DNA from: an uncultured delta proteobacterium
Lineage (GTDB): Bacteria; Desulfobacterota; Binatia; UBA9968
Direction: 5' to 3'
DNA: 64,000 nucleotides
Assembly: GCA_963816145.1 (NCBI GenBank)
Contig: CAWFJP010000004.1
Coordinates: forward strand, 448,001 to 512,000
The notes under the pieces were generated by a model, which searched no databases, had not been told where the DNA came from, and saw only the letters and a list, made by a program, of their open reading frames with translations. Of this stretch, positions 10,010 to 19,605 are shown piece by piece; the stretch's first letter is position 1; each line of letters begins with the position of its first letter. The translations under genes and the position numbers were made by a program.

Positions 10010-11221
10010 GTGACTAAACGGCCGAAAAAGCTTGCGCTCGCCGATCTACCCTATGTAGGCCGCGGCACGCCATCCGGCGAGTGGTTTCGACGCCATTGGC
10101 TGGTCGTCGGCACGAGCCGCGAACTGCGCGACATTCCCCAAGCGGTCAAAGTGCTCGGCGAAGAGCTGGTGCTGTTTCGCGATGACCGGGGCCGCATCGG
10201 TTTGCTCGGGCTCCATTGTCCCCATCGTGGCACGTCGTTGGAATATGGCGATATCGAAGACGGCGGCATTCGCTGTCCCTATCATGGCTGGTTGTTCGAC
10301 GTCGGCGGCCAATGTTTGGCGATGCCGGCTGAGCCGGCGGAACGCGGCTTTGCCGGCAAGGTTCGCCATTTATCCTACCCGGTTCAAGAACAAGGCGGAC
10401 TACTATTCGCTTTTCTCGGACCGGAAGCAGAAACGCCGCCGTTGCCGCGTTACTTGCCTTTGGTCAGCACGGATGGCCAACGCTCCCTCGAAGCGACCCG
10501 ATTGTACAACTACAATTGGTTCAACTTCATCGAAAACGGCGCCGACCCGGCGCATTTTTCGATTCTTCATCGCGCCGATCCCAACGACGGCACCTGGCGC
10601 AGTTGGTTCTTCAACTTTCGCGATATTCCGCCGTTCGACGCCGTCGAAATGCCCTACGGCATGAAAGTGATCTCGCGCAAACCGGGGCCGACCGCCGATA
10701 CCGAATATGTCGACGAAAAAAGTTTCGCCTTGCCGGCGATTTTGCAGATCGGCGACACCGAGTTCACCCATTTCAATCAGCCGCGCGAAGCGCTCGCCGC
10801 CGGCTCGCACAACGCGCACCTGATGTTCGTGACTCCCAACGACGACGCTAGTTTTACCCTGTACACGGTGAATCACTATACCGGACCGGACCAAGAATTT
10901 TTCGCCAAGCTGGCGCCGAGCCGCCGGGTGCAGGCGCCGCTGGAGAAGAAGTCCTATGACCGGCGGGAATTTTCTCCCTTTCGCGGCAATGTCCGCACCG
11001 AAGACATCGCTTGCCAGGCGACGCAGAAATTATTGGGTCAGCGCGGCGAGCAACTGGCCACGTCGGATCGCGGCGTGATCCTGCTGCGCAAGCTGATACT
11101 CAACGATATTGAAGCCGTGCGCCGCAATGGCAAGCCGCGCGCCTTAACCAACGCGCAACAGCATGACGGTCTGGTCACGATCGATTCTTTCACCGGCGTG
11201 CGCGTCAAAGGGGTAAGCTAA
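10010..11221 (+). CDS. Rieske non-heme iron oxygenase alpha subunit (phthalate 4,5-dioxygenase/LigXa-like)
   Basis: CPHRG...CPYHGW; ENGADPAHFSILH iron motif; SDRGVILLRK. Confidence 0.92.
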   Translation: MTKRPKKLALADLPYVGRGTPSGEWFRRHWLVVGTSRELRDIPQAVKVLGEELVLFRDDRGRIGLLGLHCPHRGTSLEYGDIEDGGIRCPYHGWLFDVGGQCLAMPAEPAERGFAGKVRHLSYPVQEQGGLLFAFLGPEAETPPLPRYLPLVSTDGQRSLEATRLYNYNWFNFIENGADPAHFSILHRADPNDGTWRSWFFNFRDIPPFDAVEMPYGMKVISRKPGPTADTEYVDEKSFALPAILQIGDTEFTHFNQPREALAAGSHNAHLMFVTPNDDASFTLYTVNHYTGPDQEFFAKLAPSRRVQAPLEKKSYDRREFSPFRGNVRTEDIACQATQKLLGQRGEQLATSDRGVILLRKLILNDIEAVRRNGKPRALTNAQQHDGLVTIDSFTGVRVKGVS

Positions 11222-11224
11222 ATT

Positions 11225-12382
11225 ATGATCTCTCGAGTGCCCCAAAGCCGGAGTTCGCGACAAAATACAACCGTCATTCCGGGCACGTTGGCGCGATCCC
11301 CGCTTTCGCGAGGAAGCGCGACCCGGAATCCAGGAATCTCGCGAATCTGGATGCCGGCTTTCGCCGGCATGACGATCCGAAGATTTTCGATTTGCCTTGT
11401 GGATATCCGGGCTAGAGTTCTCGCAGTGATGATTTTTGTTGCGGTGAGCGCCATGGCGAGTACGCTTGCCGCGGCGCCGCTACGTATCGCGTACAGCGCC
11501 ATCAGCGGTGCCATGTCGACTTTGTGGGTGGCGCAGGACGCCGGCTACTTCAAGCGCGAGGGTTTGGATACCGAGCTGCTTTACATCGGCGGAGGTACCT
11601 TACTGATTCAATCGATGCTGAGCGGCGATGTGCCGTTTGCCTATGGGCCGTCGGTGCCGGTGATCAACGCGACGCTGCGCGGTTCGGACTTGGTGCTGAT
11701 CGGCAACACCGGCAACAGTTTGGTTTTCTCTATCATGTCGCGTCCCGAGATCAAGCAGCCGGCGCAACTGCGCGGCAAGAAAGTCGGTGTAACTCGATTG
11801 GGCGGTTCCACCGACTGGGCATTGGATGCGGCGCTCAAACAGTGGGGCATCGAGCGCAGCCAGCTTAACGTCATTCAAACCGGCGGCATGCCGGAAGGTT
11901 TGGCAGCACTCACCGCCGGGGCGCTCGACGCAGTGGTATTGTCACCGCCAAGTAATTTCCGCGCCGCCAACGCGGGCATGCATGAATTGGAAGACGTCGG
12001 TCAACTGAAAATCGTTTTTCCCAACACGCCGCTGTCGTCGACGCGTTCTTTCATGCGCGCCAACCGCGACATGAGCCTGCGCTTCATGCGCGGCTTTACC
12101 CAGGGGTTGCAGCGGCTGCGCACGGACAAAGAGTTCAGCATGAAAGTCTTGTCCAAGTACACCAAGGTGACCGACAGCGAAACATTGGCGCAGCTCCAGC
12201 AAACCTACGGTGTGCGTTACAGCGGCGAGCGGATTCCCTATGTGCGGCCGGAGAGCATCGACGAGATCCTCCGGCGCACGCCCGGCAAAGAGGCGCGCGA
12301 GGCGAAGTCAGCGGACTTCATCGACAACAGCCTGCTGCAAGAGTTGGATAAATCGGGCTGGTTCAAAACTTTAGGACGATGA
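11225..12382 (+). CDS. ABC substrate-binding protein, NMT1/THI5-like (start uncertain, may be ~11426)
   Basis: Signal ending TLAAA; LWVAQDAGYFKREGL; LRGKKVGVTRLGGSTD. Confidence 0.85.
   Translation: MISRVPQSRSSRQNTTVIPGTLARSPLSRGSATRNPGISRIWMPAFAGMTIRRFSICLVDIRARVLAVMIFVAVSAMASTLAAAPLRIAYSAISGAMSTLWVAQDAGYFKREGLDTELLYIGGGTLLIQSMLSGDVPFAYGPSVPVINATLRGSDLVLIGNTGNSLVFSIMSRPEIKQPAQLRGKKVGVTRLGGSTDWALDAALKQWGIERSQLNVIQTGGMPEGLAALTAGALDAVVLSPPSNFRAANAGMHELEDVGQLKIVFPNTPLSSTRSFMRANRDMSLRFMRGFTQGLQRLRTDKEFSMKVLSKYTKVTDSETLAQLQQTYGVRYSGERIPYVRPESIDEILRRTPGKEAREAKSADFIDNSLLQELDKSGWFKTLGR
11272..11374. repeat. CGTCAT...ATGACG palindromic element, in frame in the binding-protein ORF
   Basis: CGTCATTCCGGG...CCCGGAATCCAG...CTGGATGCCGGCTTTCGCCGGCATGACG. 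Confidence 0.8.
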
Positions 12383-12500
12383 GGCTATACCAAATCGCTC
12401 GCGGGGTTCGGACCCCGCTCGTGACCAAAGGGGATGCTCGCCCCCTTTGGAAACCCAATTCAATGGTTCTCGCCGCAAGCGGCGAGGTTAATGGTAATCT

Positions 12501-13385
12501 ATGCGGGTAGTAGTCACCGGCGGGTCGGGGCGGTTGGGTCAGTATGTGGTTCGGGAGTTGTTTACCCATGCGCACCAAGTGTCGTCGCTTGACTGCGTCA
12601 AACCGCGAGAGTGCCCGGCGCCGACTTACACCGTCGACCTGAGCAAATTCAAATCGCTGCTCGACCATTTCAAAAATGCCGATGCGGTGGTTCACCTGGC
12701 GCGCATTCGCTTTCCCTACACCGAAACCGGTTTCGATGCCGCAACGCAGAAGTGGCAGTTTGCCGATCCCGCCGGCGATGCCGAGCGCTTCAACCAAAAC
12801 CTGGCGATCACCAACAATGTTCTAACGGCTGCAGAAGCTGCCGGCGTAAAGAAAGTAATTTGCGGTTCGAGCCTGGCGGTTTATGGACTCTACTATCCGT
12901 CGACCGAACTACTGCCGGATTATTTGCCGGTCGACGAAGCGCATCCGCTGCGGCCGCAAGACCCTTACGGACTCACCAAATTGATCGGTGAAAAGCTCGG
13001 TGACGCCTTGAGTCAAAAAAGCACCGTCGCGGTGACGAGTCTACGCTTTTCGGGAATCTATACCGAAGCGCATCGGTCAATGCTGCTCGGGCGTAAGAAA
13101 AACCCGCTGGCGCGCGGCACCGGCGCGTTGTGGAGTTACATCGATGCGCGTGACGCGGCGCGCGCCTGCCGGGTAGCTCTAGAAGCCGATTTGCCGGGCC
13201 ATCAGATTTTCAATATTGCCGCGCCGAACAGCCTGGTGGATATTCCCACCCGTGAGCTGGTCGTTCGGTATCTGCCGCAGGTGAGCGATTTACGCGCCGG
13301 CTTGGACGGCAATTGCAGCGGATATAGTGTAACTAAAGCGAAAAATGCTTTAGGCTTCGAGGCGAAATTGTCACTGGTGGATTGA
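12501..13385 (+). CDS. NAD(P)-dependent epimerase/dehydratase (extended SDR)
   Basis: TGGSGRLG Rossmann motif; YGLTK catalytic YxxxK. Confidence 0.9.
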   Translation: MRVVVTGGSGRLGQYVVRELFTHAHQVSSLDCVKPRECPAPTYTVDLSKFKSLLDHFKNADAVVHLARIRFPYTETGFDAATQKWQFADPAGDAERFNQNLAITNNVLTAAEAAGVKKVICGSSLAVYGLYYPSTELLPDYLPVDEAHPLRPQDPYGLTKLIGEKLGDALSQKSTVAVTSLRFSGIYTEAHRSMLLGRKKNPLARGTGALWSYIDARDAARACRVALEADLPGHQIFNIAAPNSLVDIPTRELVVRYLPQVSDLRAGLDGNCSGYSVTKAKNALGFEAKLSLVD

Positions 13386-13405
13386 TTGCGTGATGCGTGA
13401 CTCAG

Positions 13406-13542
13406 CCGTCATTCCCGTGCAAACGGGAATCCAGACCCATCATCCACCTGGATACCGTTCTTCAACGGTATGACGGACGCTGTCCGTTACCTGGATGCCG
13501 GCCGGAGTTTATCCTGAGTGGCATCGAAGGGCCGGCATGACG
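13406..13542. repeat. One and a half CGTCAT...ATGACG palindromic elements
   Basis: CCGTCATTCCCGTGCAAACGGGAATCCAG...CTGGATACCG...CGGTATGACGG followed by CTGGATGCCGGCC...GGCCGGCATGACG. Confidence 0.8.
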
Positions 13543-13605
13543 AATGAAGACATAAGCGATAAAATCTGACAGCAACCGAATGCGCAGCGGGAGCGACGAA
13601 TCATC

Positions 13606-14982
13606 ATGATGGACCTAAGGGAATTCCTCAAAGTTTTAGAAGAAGAGCACGAACTGCAAAAGATCAAAGCCGAGGTCGATCCCAAGCATGAGCTCGGCGC
13701 GATCTGCAAGATTCATAATGAAAAGCCCAACAGTCCGGCGCTGCTGTTCGAGAACGTCAAGGGCCATACGATTCCGGTGGTCGGCCAATTGCTCGCCAGC
13801 GATCGGCGCGTCGCTTTGGCGCTCGGTCTGCCCCAGAAGAACGTCTTTGACGAAACCGTGCGCCGTGCCAACAAACCGATTTCAACCCGGCTAGTGCCGA
13901 AGGGGCCATGCCAGGAAGTGGTTCACGAAGGAAACGATGTCGACCTGAGCAAACTGCCGCTCTGCACCAACAACCCGCGCGACGGTGGTCCATACATTAC
14001 CGCCGGGCATGTCATCATCAGAGATCCCGAGTTCGGCAATAATCTGGCGATTTACCGGATGATGCTGGTCTCGAAGAACGAGGTCACCATCCGCTTCACC
14101 CCCGGGCACGACGGCCACGACTTCATCAGGAACGCCGAGAAGCGCGGCCAGAAGAAATTCGAAGTTGCGGTCTGCATCGGCGTGCCGCCGGCAGTCTATG
14201 TCGCGTCCCAGTTCGAGCCGCGGGCGGGCGTTTATGAATTGGAGATTGCGGGCGGTCTGGCTGGCGAAGCTGTGGATGTCGTCGAGTGCCGGACCATCGA
14301 TTTGGAAGTTCCCGCGCTGGCGGAAATCGTTCTCGAAGGCGAGTTGACGATCCCCGCTAAAACCGGTGACGAAGGTCCTTTCGGTGAGTTCTGCGGCTAC
14401 ACGACCCAACAAGTGCCCGGCGAGCGAATCATGAGGATCAAGGCGATCACCCACCGGCGCAATCCGGTCTATCACAACATCTGGCTCGGCAAGCCGCCGC
14501 ACGAACATCTTTACGTCGATGCCTTGACCTATGCGGTGGCGGCCTACCAGGAACTCAAGCCGGCTTATCCGGCGTTGAAAAAAGCCTATGCACCGCCCTG
14601 GGGCGTTTCCATCGTGTTGCTTTTGCAGCTGGAAAAACGCCTCATGCGTCCGGGCATCGTCGACAATATCCTGGCGGCTTCGCTTTATACCCGCAGCGGA
14701 AAATGGAAACATGTTTTCGTCGTCGACGAAGACATCGTCATGGAAGATCCCAATGAAGTCTTGTGGGCGTTGACGACGCGGTTTCAACCGGCGACCGATA
14801 TGTTTATCATTCCGCGCGGCATCACCAGCTCGCTCGAACCGTCGGCCACCGTCGACGGGCTGACGTCGAAGATGATGCTCGACTTGACGCGCAAGGCCAA
14901 TTTTCGCGGCGAAGTCGCCGAGCCGACGGAGGGTATGCGAGACATGGTTTTGCAGAAGTGGAAGGAGTATGGATTTAAATAA
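13606..14982 (+). CDS. UbiD-family (prFMN-dependent) decarboxylase
   Basis: DLREFL start; DGGPYIT; IYRM; EGPFGEFCGY; VDED...VLWALTTR. Confidence 0.92.
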   Translation: MMDLREFLKVLEEEHELQKIKAEVDPKHELGAICKIHNEKPNSPALLFENVKGHTIPVVGQLLASDRRVALALGLPQKNVFDETVRRANKPISTRLVPKGPCQEVVHEGNDVDLSKLPLCTNNPRDGGPYITAGHVIIRDPEFGNNLAIYRMMLVSKNEVTIRFTPGHDGHDFIRNAEKRGQKKFEVAVCIGVPPAVYVASQFEPRAGVYELEIAGGLAGEAVDVVECRTIDLEVPALAEIVLEGELTIPAKTGDEGPFGEFCGYTTQQVPGERIMRIKAITHRRNPVYHNIWLGKPPHEHLYVDALTYAVAAYQELKPAYPALKKAYAPPWGVSIVLLLQLEKRLMRPGIVDNILAASLYTRSGKWKHVFVVDEDIVMEDPNEVLWALTTRFQPATDMFIIPRGITSSLEPSATVDGLTSKMMLDLTRKANFRGEVAEPTEGMRDMVLQKWKEYGFK

Positions 14983-15049
14983 TCCACTGAGCATGTTCAA
15001 GCCGTTCAAAACGTTCAAGCCGTCTCGGACATAGGAAAAGGATTCCACC

Positions 15050-16282
15050 GTGAAGACCGGGAGTAAAAGAAAGACACGGAAAATTTCGGTTGCCGATATC
15101 CCGCACGTCGGGCCCGGAACCCCAGCCGGTGAGTGGTTTCGCCGCTATTGGCTGGTGGTCGGCACGGTGCAGGAACTGTACGACATTCCCCAAGCGGTCA
15201 AAATTCTCGGCGAGGAGCTGGTGTTGTTTCGCGATCCCAACGGCCAAATCGGTTTGCTTGGCGAGCATTGTCCACACCGCGGTTCCTCGCTCGAGTATGG
15301 AGATATCGAAGATGGCGGTTTGCGCTGCCCGTATCATGGCTGGCTCTTCGATGTTCACGGCCGCTGTCTGGAAATGCCGGCGGAGCCCAAGGACAGCAAG
15401 TTCTGCCAGAAGGTCAAGCATCTTGCCTATCCGGTGCGCGAGTTGGGCGGGCTGATCTTTGCTTACATGGGACCGGACCAAGCCAAACCGCCACCGCTGC
15501 CGCAATATGCGCCACTACTCGAACGCGGCGGCCAGCGCCAGGTCGAGCCGGTGCGCCACGCCGATTACAATTGGTTCAATTTTTTTGAAAACTCCGCCGA
15601 CCCGGCGCATGTTTGCGTGCTTCATCGCCACGCCGGTTACGGCCAGCAGTCGTGGGGCGATCATTTCTTTAGTTATACCGACATGCCGAACGTCGATTTC
15701 GTCGAAATGGATTACGGCATGAAAGTCGTGATGACCAAGCCCGGGCCGCGGCCGGGAACCGAGTTCGTCGACGAGATGAGTCTGGCGCTGCCGAGCATTG
15801 TGCAGGTGGGCGACACCGAGTTCGTCCATGCCAAGATGGACGCCGCGGCGCTGATTAACGAAGGCTCGCGTTGCGAGCACTGGATGTTCGTCACGCCCAA
15901 CGACGACGACCACTTCATGTTGTTCACCGCCGATAATTACCGGGGGCCGGTGGAAAGTTTCTTCGACAAACTCAAAGCCCTGCGCGCCCAGGAAATGCCG
16001 ATCCAGGAAGTGAAGCCCTACGACAAGCGCAAATACATGCCGTACAAAGGCAACGTGCGTAAGGAAGACATCATGACGCAGGGCACTCAGGGTCTGTTGG
16101 GCGAGCGTCAGGAACAGCTTGGAGTTTCGGATCGCGGCGTCATCAAGTTTCGCAAGATTGTCTTGGACGCCATTGAAACGGCACTGCAAGGCGGCACGCC
16201 AACAGGTTTGCTGCCGAGAGATCCGGCGACGGGCATCACCCGTTTGGATACGGCGGTGGGAGTTAGACCGAAAGCTAATTGA
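15050..16282 (+). CDS. Rieske non-heme iron oxygenase alpha subunit
   Basis: CPHRG/CPYHGW; ENSADPAHVCVLH; paralog of the 10010 gene. Confidence 0.92.
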   Translation: MKTGSKRKTRKISVADIPHVGPGTPAGEWFRRYWLVVGTVQELYDIPQAVKILGEELVLFRDPNGQIGLLGEHCPHRGSSLEYGDIEDGGLRCPYHGWLFDVHGRCLEMPAEPKDSKFCQKVKHLAYPVRELGGLIFAYMGPDQAKPPPLPQYAPLLERGGQRQVEPVRHADYNWFNFFENSADPAHVCVLHRHAGYGQQSWGDHFFSYTDMPNVDFVEMDYGMKVVMTKPGPRPGTEFVDEMSLALPSIVQVGDTEFVHAKMDAAALINEGSRCEHWMFVTPNDDDHFMLFTADNYRGPVESFFDKLKALRAQEMPIQEVKPYDKRKYMPYKGNVRKEDIMTQGTQGLLGERQEQLGVSDRGVIKFRKIVLDAIETALQGGTPTGLLPRDPATGITRLDTAVGVRPKAN

Positions 16283-16344
16283 GAATTGATAATGGAGAAT
16301 TGATAATTTCGGAACTGGGTGCTGGCGCGAAAACAGGAGGAATC

Positions 16345-17235
16345 ATGATTCGTGGAGTTCTATTACCGATTATCACACCGTTCGATGACAAGGTTCGCGT
16401 CGATGAGCAGATGATGCGCCAGTTGGTCGATTTTCACATCAAGGCGGGAGTGCAGGGTTTGTTCGTTCTTGGCTCGACCGGCCAGGGGCCGGCGATGACT
16501 ACGGAGGAGCGCAAGCAGACCGCGGCGGCGGCGTTGGATCAGACGAAGAAGCGGGTGCCGGTGGTGATCCACGTCGGCACCGCCGACGCTGGCAGCGCGG
16601 TGGAGCTGGCGGTGCATGCGGCTGAGCATGGCGCCGATGCGGTGGCAATCGTGCCGCCGTATTATTATTCCGACCACACCGAGTTCGAAATCATGGCGCA
16701 TTACAAAGCGGTGCATAACGCGATGCCGCTGCCGATTTATATTTACGAGAATCCAAAATACTCCGGCATCTCGATCCCACCAGGCTTCGCGGTGCGGATG
16801 AAAGAACAAGTGCCGGCGTTGAAAGGCATCAAAGTCGCGTACGGCCAAGGCGCGCTGCTCGAATATGTCCGTTTAATGCCCGACGTTTCGGTCTTTACCG
16901 GCAATGCCGATCTGTTCGGCCTGGTGCCCTTTGGCGTCGCCGGCATGATCAATCCACCGACCAGCTTCGCACCGGAGATCTGCGTCGACTTGTTCAAAAA
17001 GCTCGATAGCAAAGACTACGCTGGCGCCGTCGAAGCACAGAAGAAGGTCGATAACGCGGCGCGGATCGTCGCAGCGCGCTTGCGCAAATGGGGCCGGGTG
17101 CCGTTGCAGGAAGTCTATCGTATGCGCGGTTTCGCGGTGAAGCGTTTTCCCAAGTGGGAGACCGAGCAGATGCCCAAGGATGAGATCGTCAAACTGGAAC
17201 GCGAGCTGCGTGACAACGGCATTCTCGGTCAGTGA
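16345..17235 (+). CDS. DHDPS/NAL-family class I aldolase
   Basis: GGAGG RBS; GSTGQG; PPYY; IYIYENP; Schiff-base Lys in GIKVA. Confidence 0.88.
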   Translation: MIRGVLLPIITPFDDKVRVDEQMMRQLVDFHIKAGVQGLFVLGSTGQGPAMTTEERKQTAAAALDQTKKRVPVVIHVGTADAGSAVELAVHAAEHGADAVAIVPPYYYSDHTEFEIMAHYKAVHNAMPLPIYIYENPKYSGISIPPGFAVRMKEQVPALKGIKVAYGQGALLEYVRLMPDVSVFTGNADLFGLVPFGVAGMINPPTSFAPEICVDLFKKLDSKDYAGAVEAQKKVDNAARIVAARLRKWGRVPLQEVYRMRGFAVKRFPKWETEQMPKDEIVKLERELRDNGILGQ

Positions 17236-17247
17236 GGCGAGCGAAAG

Positions 17248-17754
17248 TTGACTCCCGAAGCTGCCAACAAAGTAGTCGACGGCCTCAAGCAAGCCGGCAT
17301 CGATTTCGTCGCCTATCTTCCCGAAACGCGCTTGAGCGAAATACTGCCGGTGCTGAAGGCGGACGACGCGTTCATGCTAGTGCCCGTGGCGAGCGAAGCG
17401 GAGGCGGTCGGCATCGCCGCCGGCGCGTCCCTCGGCGGCAAGCAACCGGCGCTGTACATGGAAGGCACCGGCTTGTTTGTCTCGTCGTACAATCTGCTCA
17501 CCCTCGGTGAGCGCTACGGCGTGCCGATGTTGCTGCTGATCAGTTATATCGGCAGCATGGATGACCGGCGCAGCACCTTTCTTTACTCGCACTATGGCAC
17601 GCATATGGTGCCGCAACTCGAGGCGCTGGGAATCCAGTACGAGATTGTCAAAGACGCTAACAATATTGGGACCAACGTTAAGAACGCGGTGCGGCTGATG
17701 CATGGGTTGAAGCAGCCGGTGGCTCTGCTGTTTACCGGCGAGTTTACGATTTAA
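17248..17754 (+). CDS. ThDP enzyme Pyr-domain subunit (sulfopyruvate decarboxylase alpha, ComD-like)
   Basis: LKQAGIDFVAYLPE; SEAEAVGIAAGA; PVALL C-terminus; ~170 aa. Confidence 0.8.
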   Translation: MTPEAANKVVDGLKQAGIDFVAYLPETRLSEILPVLKADDAFMLVPVASEAEAVGIAAGASLGGKQPALYMEGTGLFVSSYNLLTLGERYGVPMLLLISYIGSMDDRRSTFLYSHYGTHMVPQLEALGIQYEIVKDANNIGTNVKNAVRLMHGLKQPVALLFTGEFTI

Positions 17755-17798
17755 GAAGGTAAGGGGTGAAGGGTTAGGGGTAAGGAGTTCAGATCAAG

Positions 17799-18782
17799 AT
17801 GAAGAATCTTGTTGGCAAAATTGTTGTGTATGCTCGGCTTTTGTCTGGTTGTCGGGCACTGATCGTACCGACTCCCGCCCTCGCGCAGAAGATCAACATC
17901 GCGGTCTCCAACCCCGATATGTCTTTTCTCAGCGGCGGTGTGGCCAAGTTCAAGGGCTTTTTCAAAGAAGAAGGTTTGGACGCGGAACTGGTGCAAATCA
18001 CCGCCAATGTTTCGATTGCCGCGTTGGCCAGCGGCAATATCGATTACAATCTGATCCTGCAATCGGTCGTGACCGGAAACTTGCGCGGCTTGCCGATCAA
18101 GGTCGCGGGCATTTTGATCGAGCGGCCCAACCATGTCGTCGTCGTCAATCCGAAAATCACCCGCTTCGCCGATCTCAAAGGGAAAAAGATCGCGGTGAGT
18201 TCCTTCGGCTCGGCGACCGATATTTTGGCGCGGCTGACGGTAGAACATTTCAAGCTCAACCCCAATAAAGACGTTCAGTTCGTCGCCGCGGGCGGCGGCT
18301 CCGGCCGGCTGGCCCAATTGGAGTCCGGCCTGGTCGACGCTGCGGTAGTAGCGCCGCCGTCAGACGCGCTGGCGGAAGCGCGCGGTTTCAAGAGTTTGGT
18401 GCGGACGCGGGATATCTTGCTTTTTCCGGTGAACGGCGTCGGCCTGCATGAACAGAAGCTCAAGAACAATCGCAGCGAAGTGAAGCGCGTGCTGCGGGCG
18501 TTGCTCAAGGCGAACCGGTTCATTCTCGACGACAAGAAGGGCGCCATCGATGTTCTGCAGCGTTGGGGTCGCACGTCGTTGGCGGTCGCCGAACAGGGCT
18601 ATGCTTCGTCCGCATCCAATTACAGCCGCAATTTGCTAGCGCCGCGGGATGCGCTGGAGAAAGTCATCGAGAGCACGAAGCTCAATATCGACGTTAAGCG
18701 CGAAGTACCGCTCGGCGATGTTTTCGATTTCAGTTTGGTGCGGGAAATTCTCAGAGAAATGGGCGAGTCTCCCAAAGAATAG
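17799..18782 (+). CDS. ABC substrate-binding protein, NMT1/THI5-like
   Basis: Signal ending ALA; KGFFKEEGLD; DLKGKKIAVSSFGSATD. Confidence 0.85.
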   Translation: MKNLVGKIVVYARLLSGCRALIVPTPALAQKINIAVSNPDMSFLSGGVAKFKGFFKEEGLDAELVQITANVSIAALASGNIDYNLILQSVVTGNLRGLPIKVAGILIERPNHVVVVNPKITRFADLKGKKIAVSSFGSATDILARLTVEHFKLNPNKDVQFVAAGGGSGRLAQLESGLVDAAVVAPPSDALAEARGFKSLVRTRDILLFPVNGVGLHEQKLKNNRSEVKRVLRALLKANRFILDDKKGAIDVLQRWGRTSLAVAEQGYASSASNYSRNLLAPRDALEKVIESTKLNIDVKREVPLGDVFDFSLVREILREMGESPKE

Positions 18783-18788
18783 ATTGCT

Positions 18789-19388
18789 ATGCAGCGCTTT
18801 GAATGTTTGGAACAGCTTGCGCCGTTGATTTCGGATCAACTCGTCGTCACGTCATTGAGCGGGCAGCGGGTTGAGTGGGGGCAGTTATCCAAACATGACG
18901 GCAACCTGCTGCTCGGGTCCATGGGCAATGCGCTGGCGGTGGGATTGGGACTGGCGCTGGCGCTGCCGAAAAGAAAGGTGATCGTGCTCGAATCGGACGG
19001 CAGTCTGCTGCTGTCGCTCTATAACTTGCCCACCGTCGCCAACATGAATCCGGCCAATCTCGCGGTTTTCGTTTTCGACAACCAGGCCTACAGCGGCACC
19101 AAGATCAGCGAGCCCACCGCAACGGCGGGCAAGACGGATTTAGCGGGCATGGCGCGCAGCGCGGGCATCGAACACGCAGTGACTGTGCGCGATGTGGCGT
19201 CGTTTAAGAGCGAAGCCGCCGGAGCGATCGGCGAAGCCGGCCTTAGATTCGTCGTCGCCAAAGTCGAAGAGAGCCGTGGCCATCGGCGCATCGAGCGGAC
19301 CAATGTCGATTTGCTCGAAAATAAATATAGTTTCGTTCGCTATCTGGAGCGGACGGAAGCTAAGTCGATATTCAGGGGCCGTGGCTAA
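18789..19388 (+). CDS. ThDP enzyme PP-domain subunit (ComE-like)
   Basis: GSMG..LAVGLGLAL; ESDGS-X-DN variant of the GDG...NN motif; TDLAGMA. Confidence 0.8.
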   Translation: MQRFECLEQLAPLISDQLVVTSLSGQRVEWGQLSKHDGNLLLGSMGNALAVGLGLALALPKRKVIVLESDGSLLLSLYNLPTVANMNPANLAVFVFDNQAYSGTKISEPTATAGKTDLAGMARSAGIEHAVTVRDVASFKSEAAGAIGEAGLRFVVAKVEESRGHRRIERTNVDLLENKYSFVRYLERTEAKSIFRGRG

Positions 19389-19453
19389 GAGTCTGACAGT
19401 TTTGGTGGTTCTGACCAAGCGCCGATAAGCAAATAGTTCCGTTGCCGTCCGGT

Positions 19454-19540
19454 CCCTTCTCCTCGTGCGGGAGAAGGTTAGGATGAGGGGAATTAAATCA
19501 AGCACCCTCACCTCTGTCCTCTCCCGTCGAGGGAGAGGAG
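19454..19540. repeat. CCCTC-type inverted palindromic doublet
   Basis: CCCTTCTCCTCGTGCGGGAGAAGGTTAGGATGAGGG...CCCTCACCTCTGTCCTCTCCCGTCGAGGGAGAGGAG. Confidence 0.75.
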
Positions 19541-19605
19541 GTAAGATTTGGTCGAGTGGGACAGTGAAGTAAAGGCGACCTTAGACGCCATTATTTTCAT
19601 TCACG

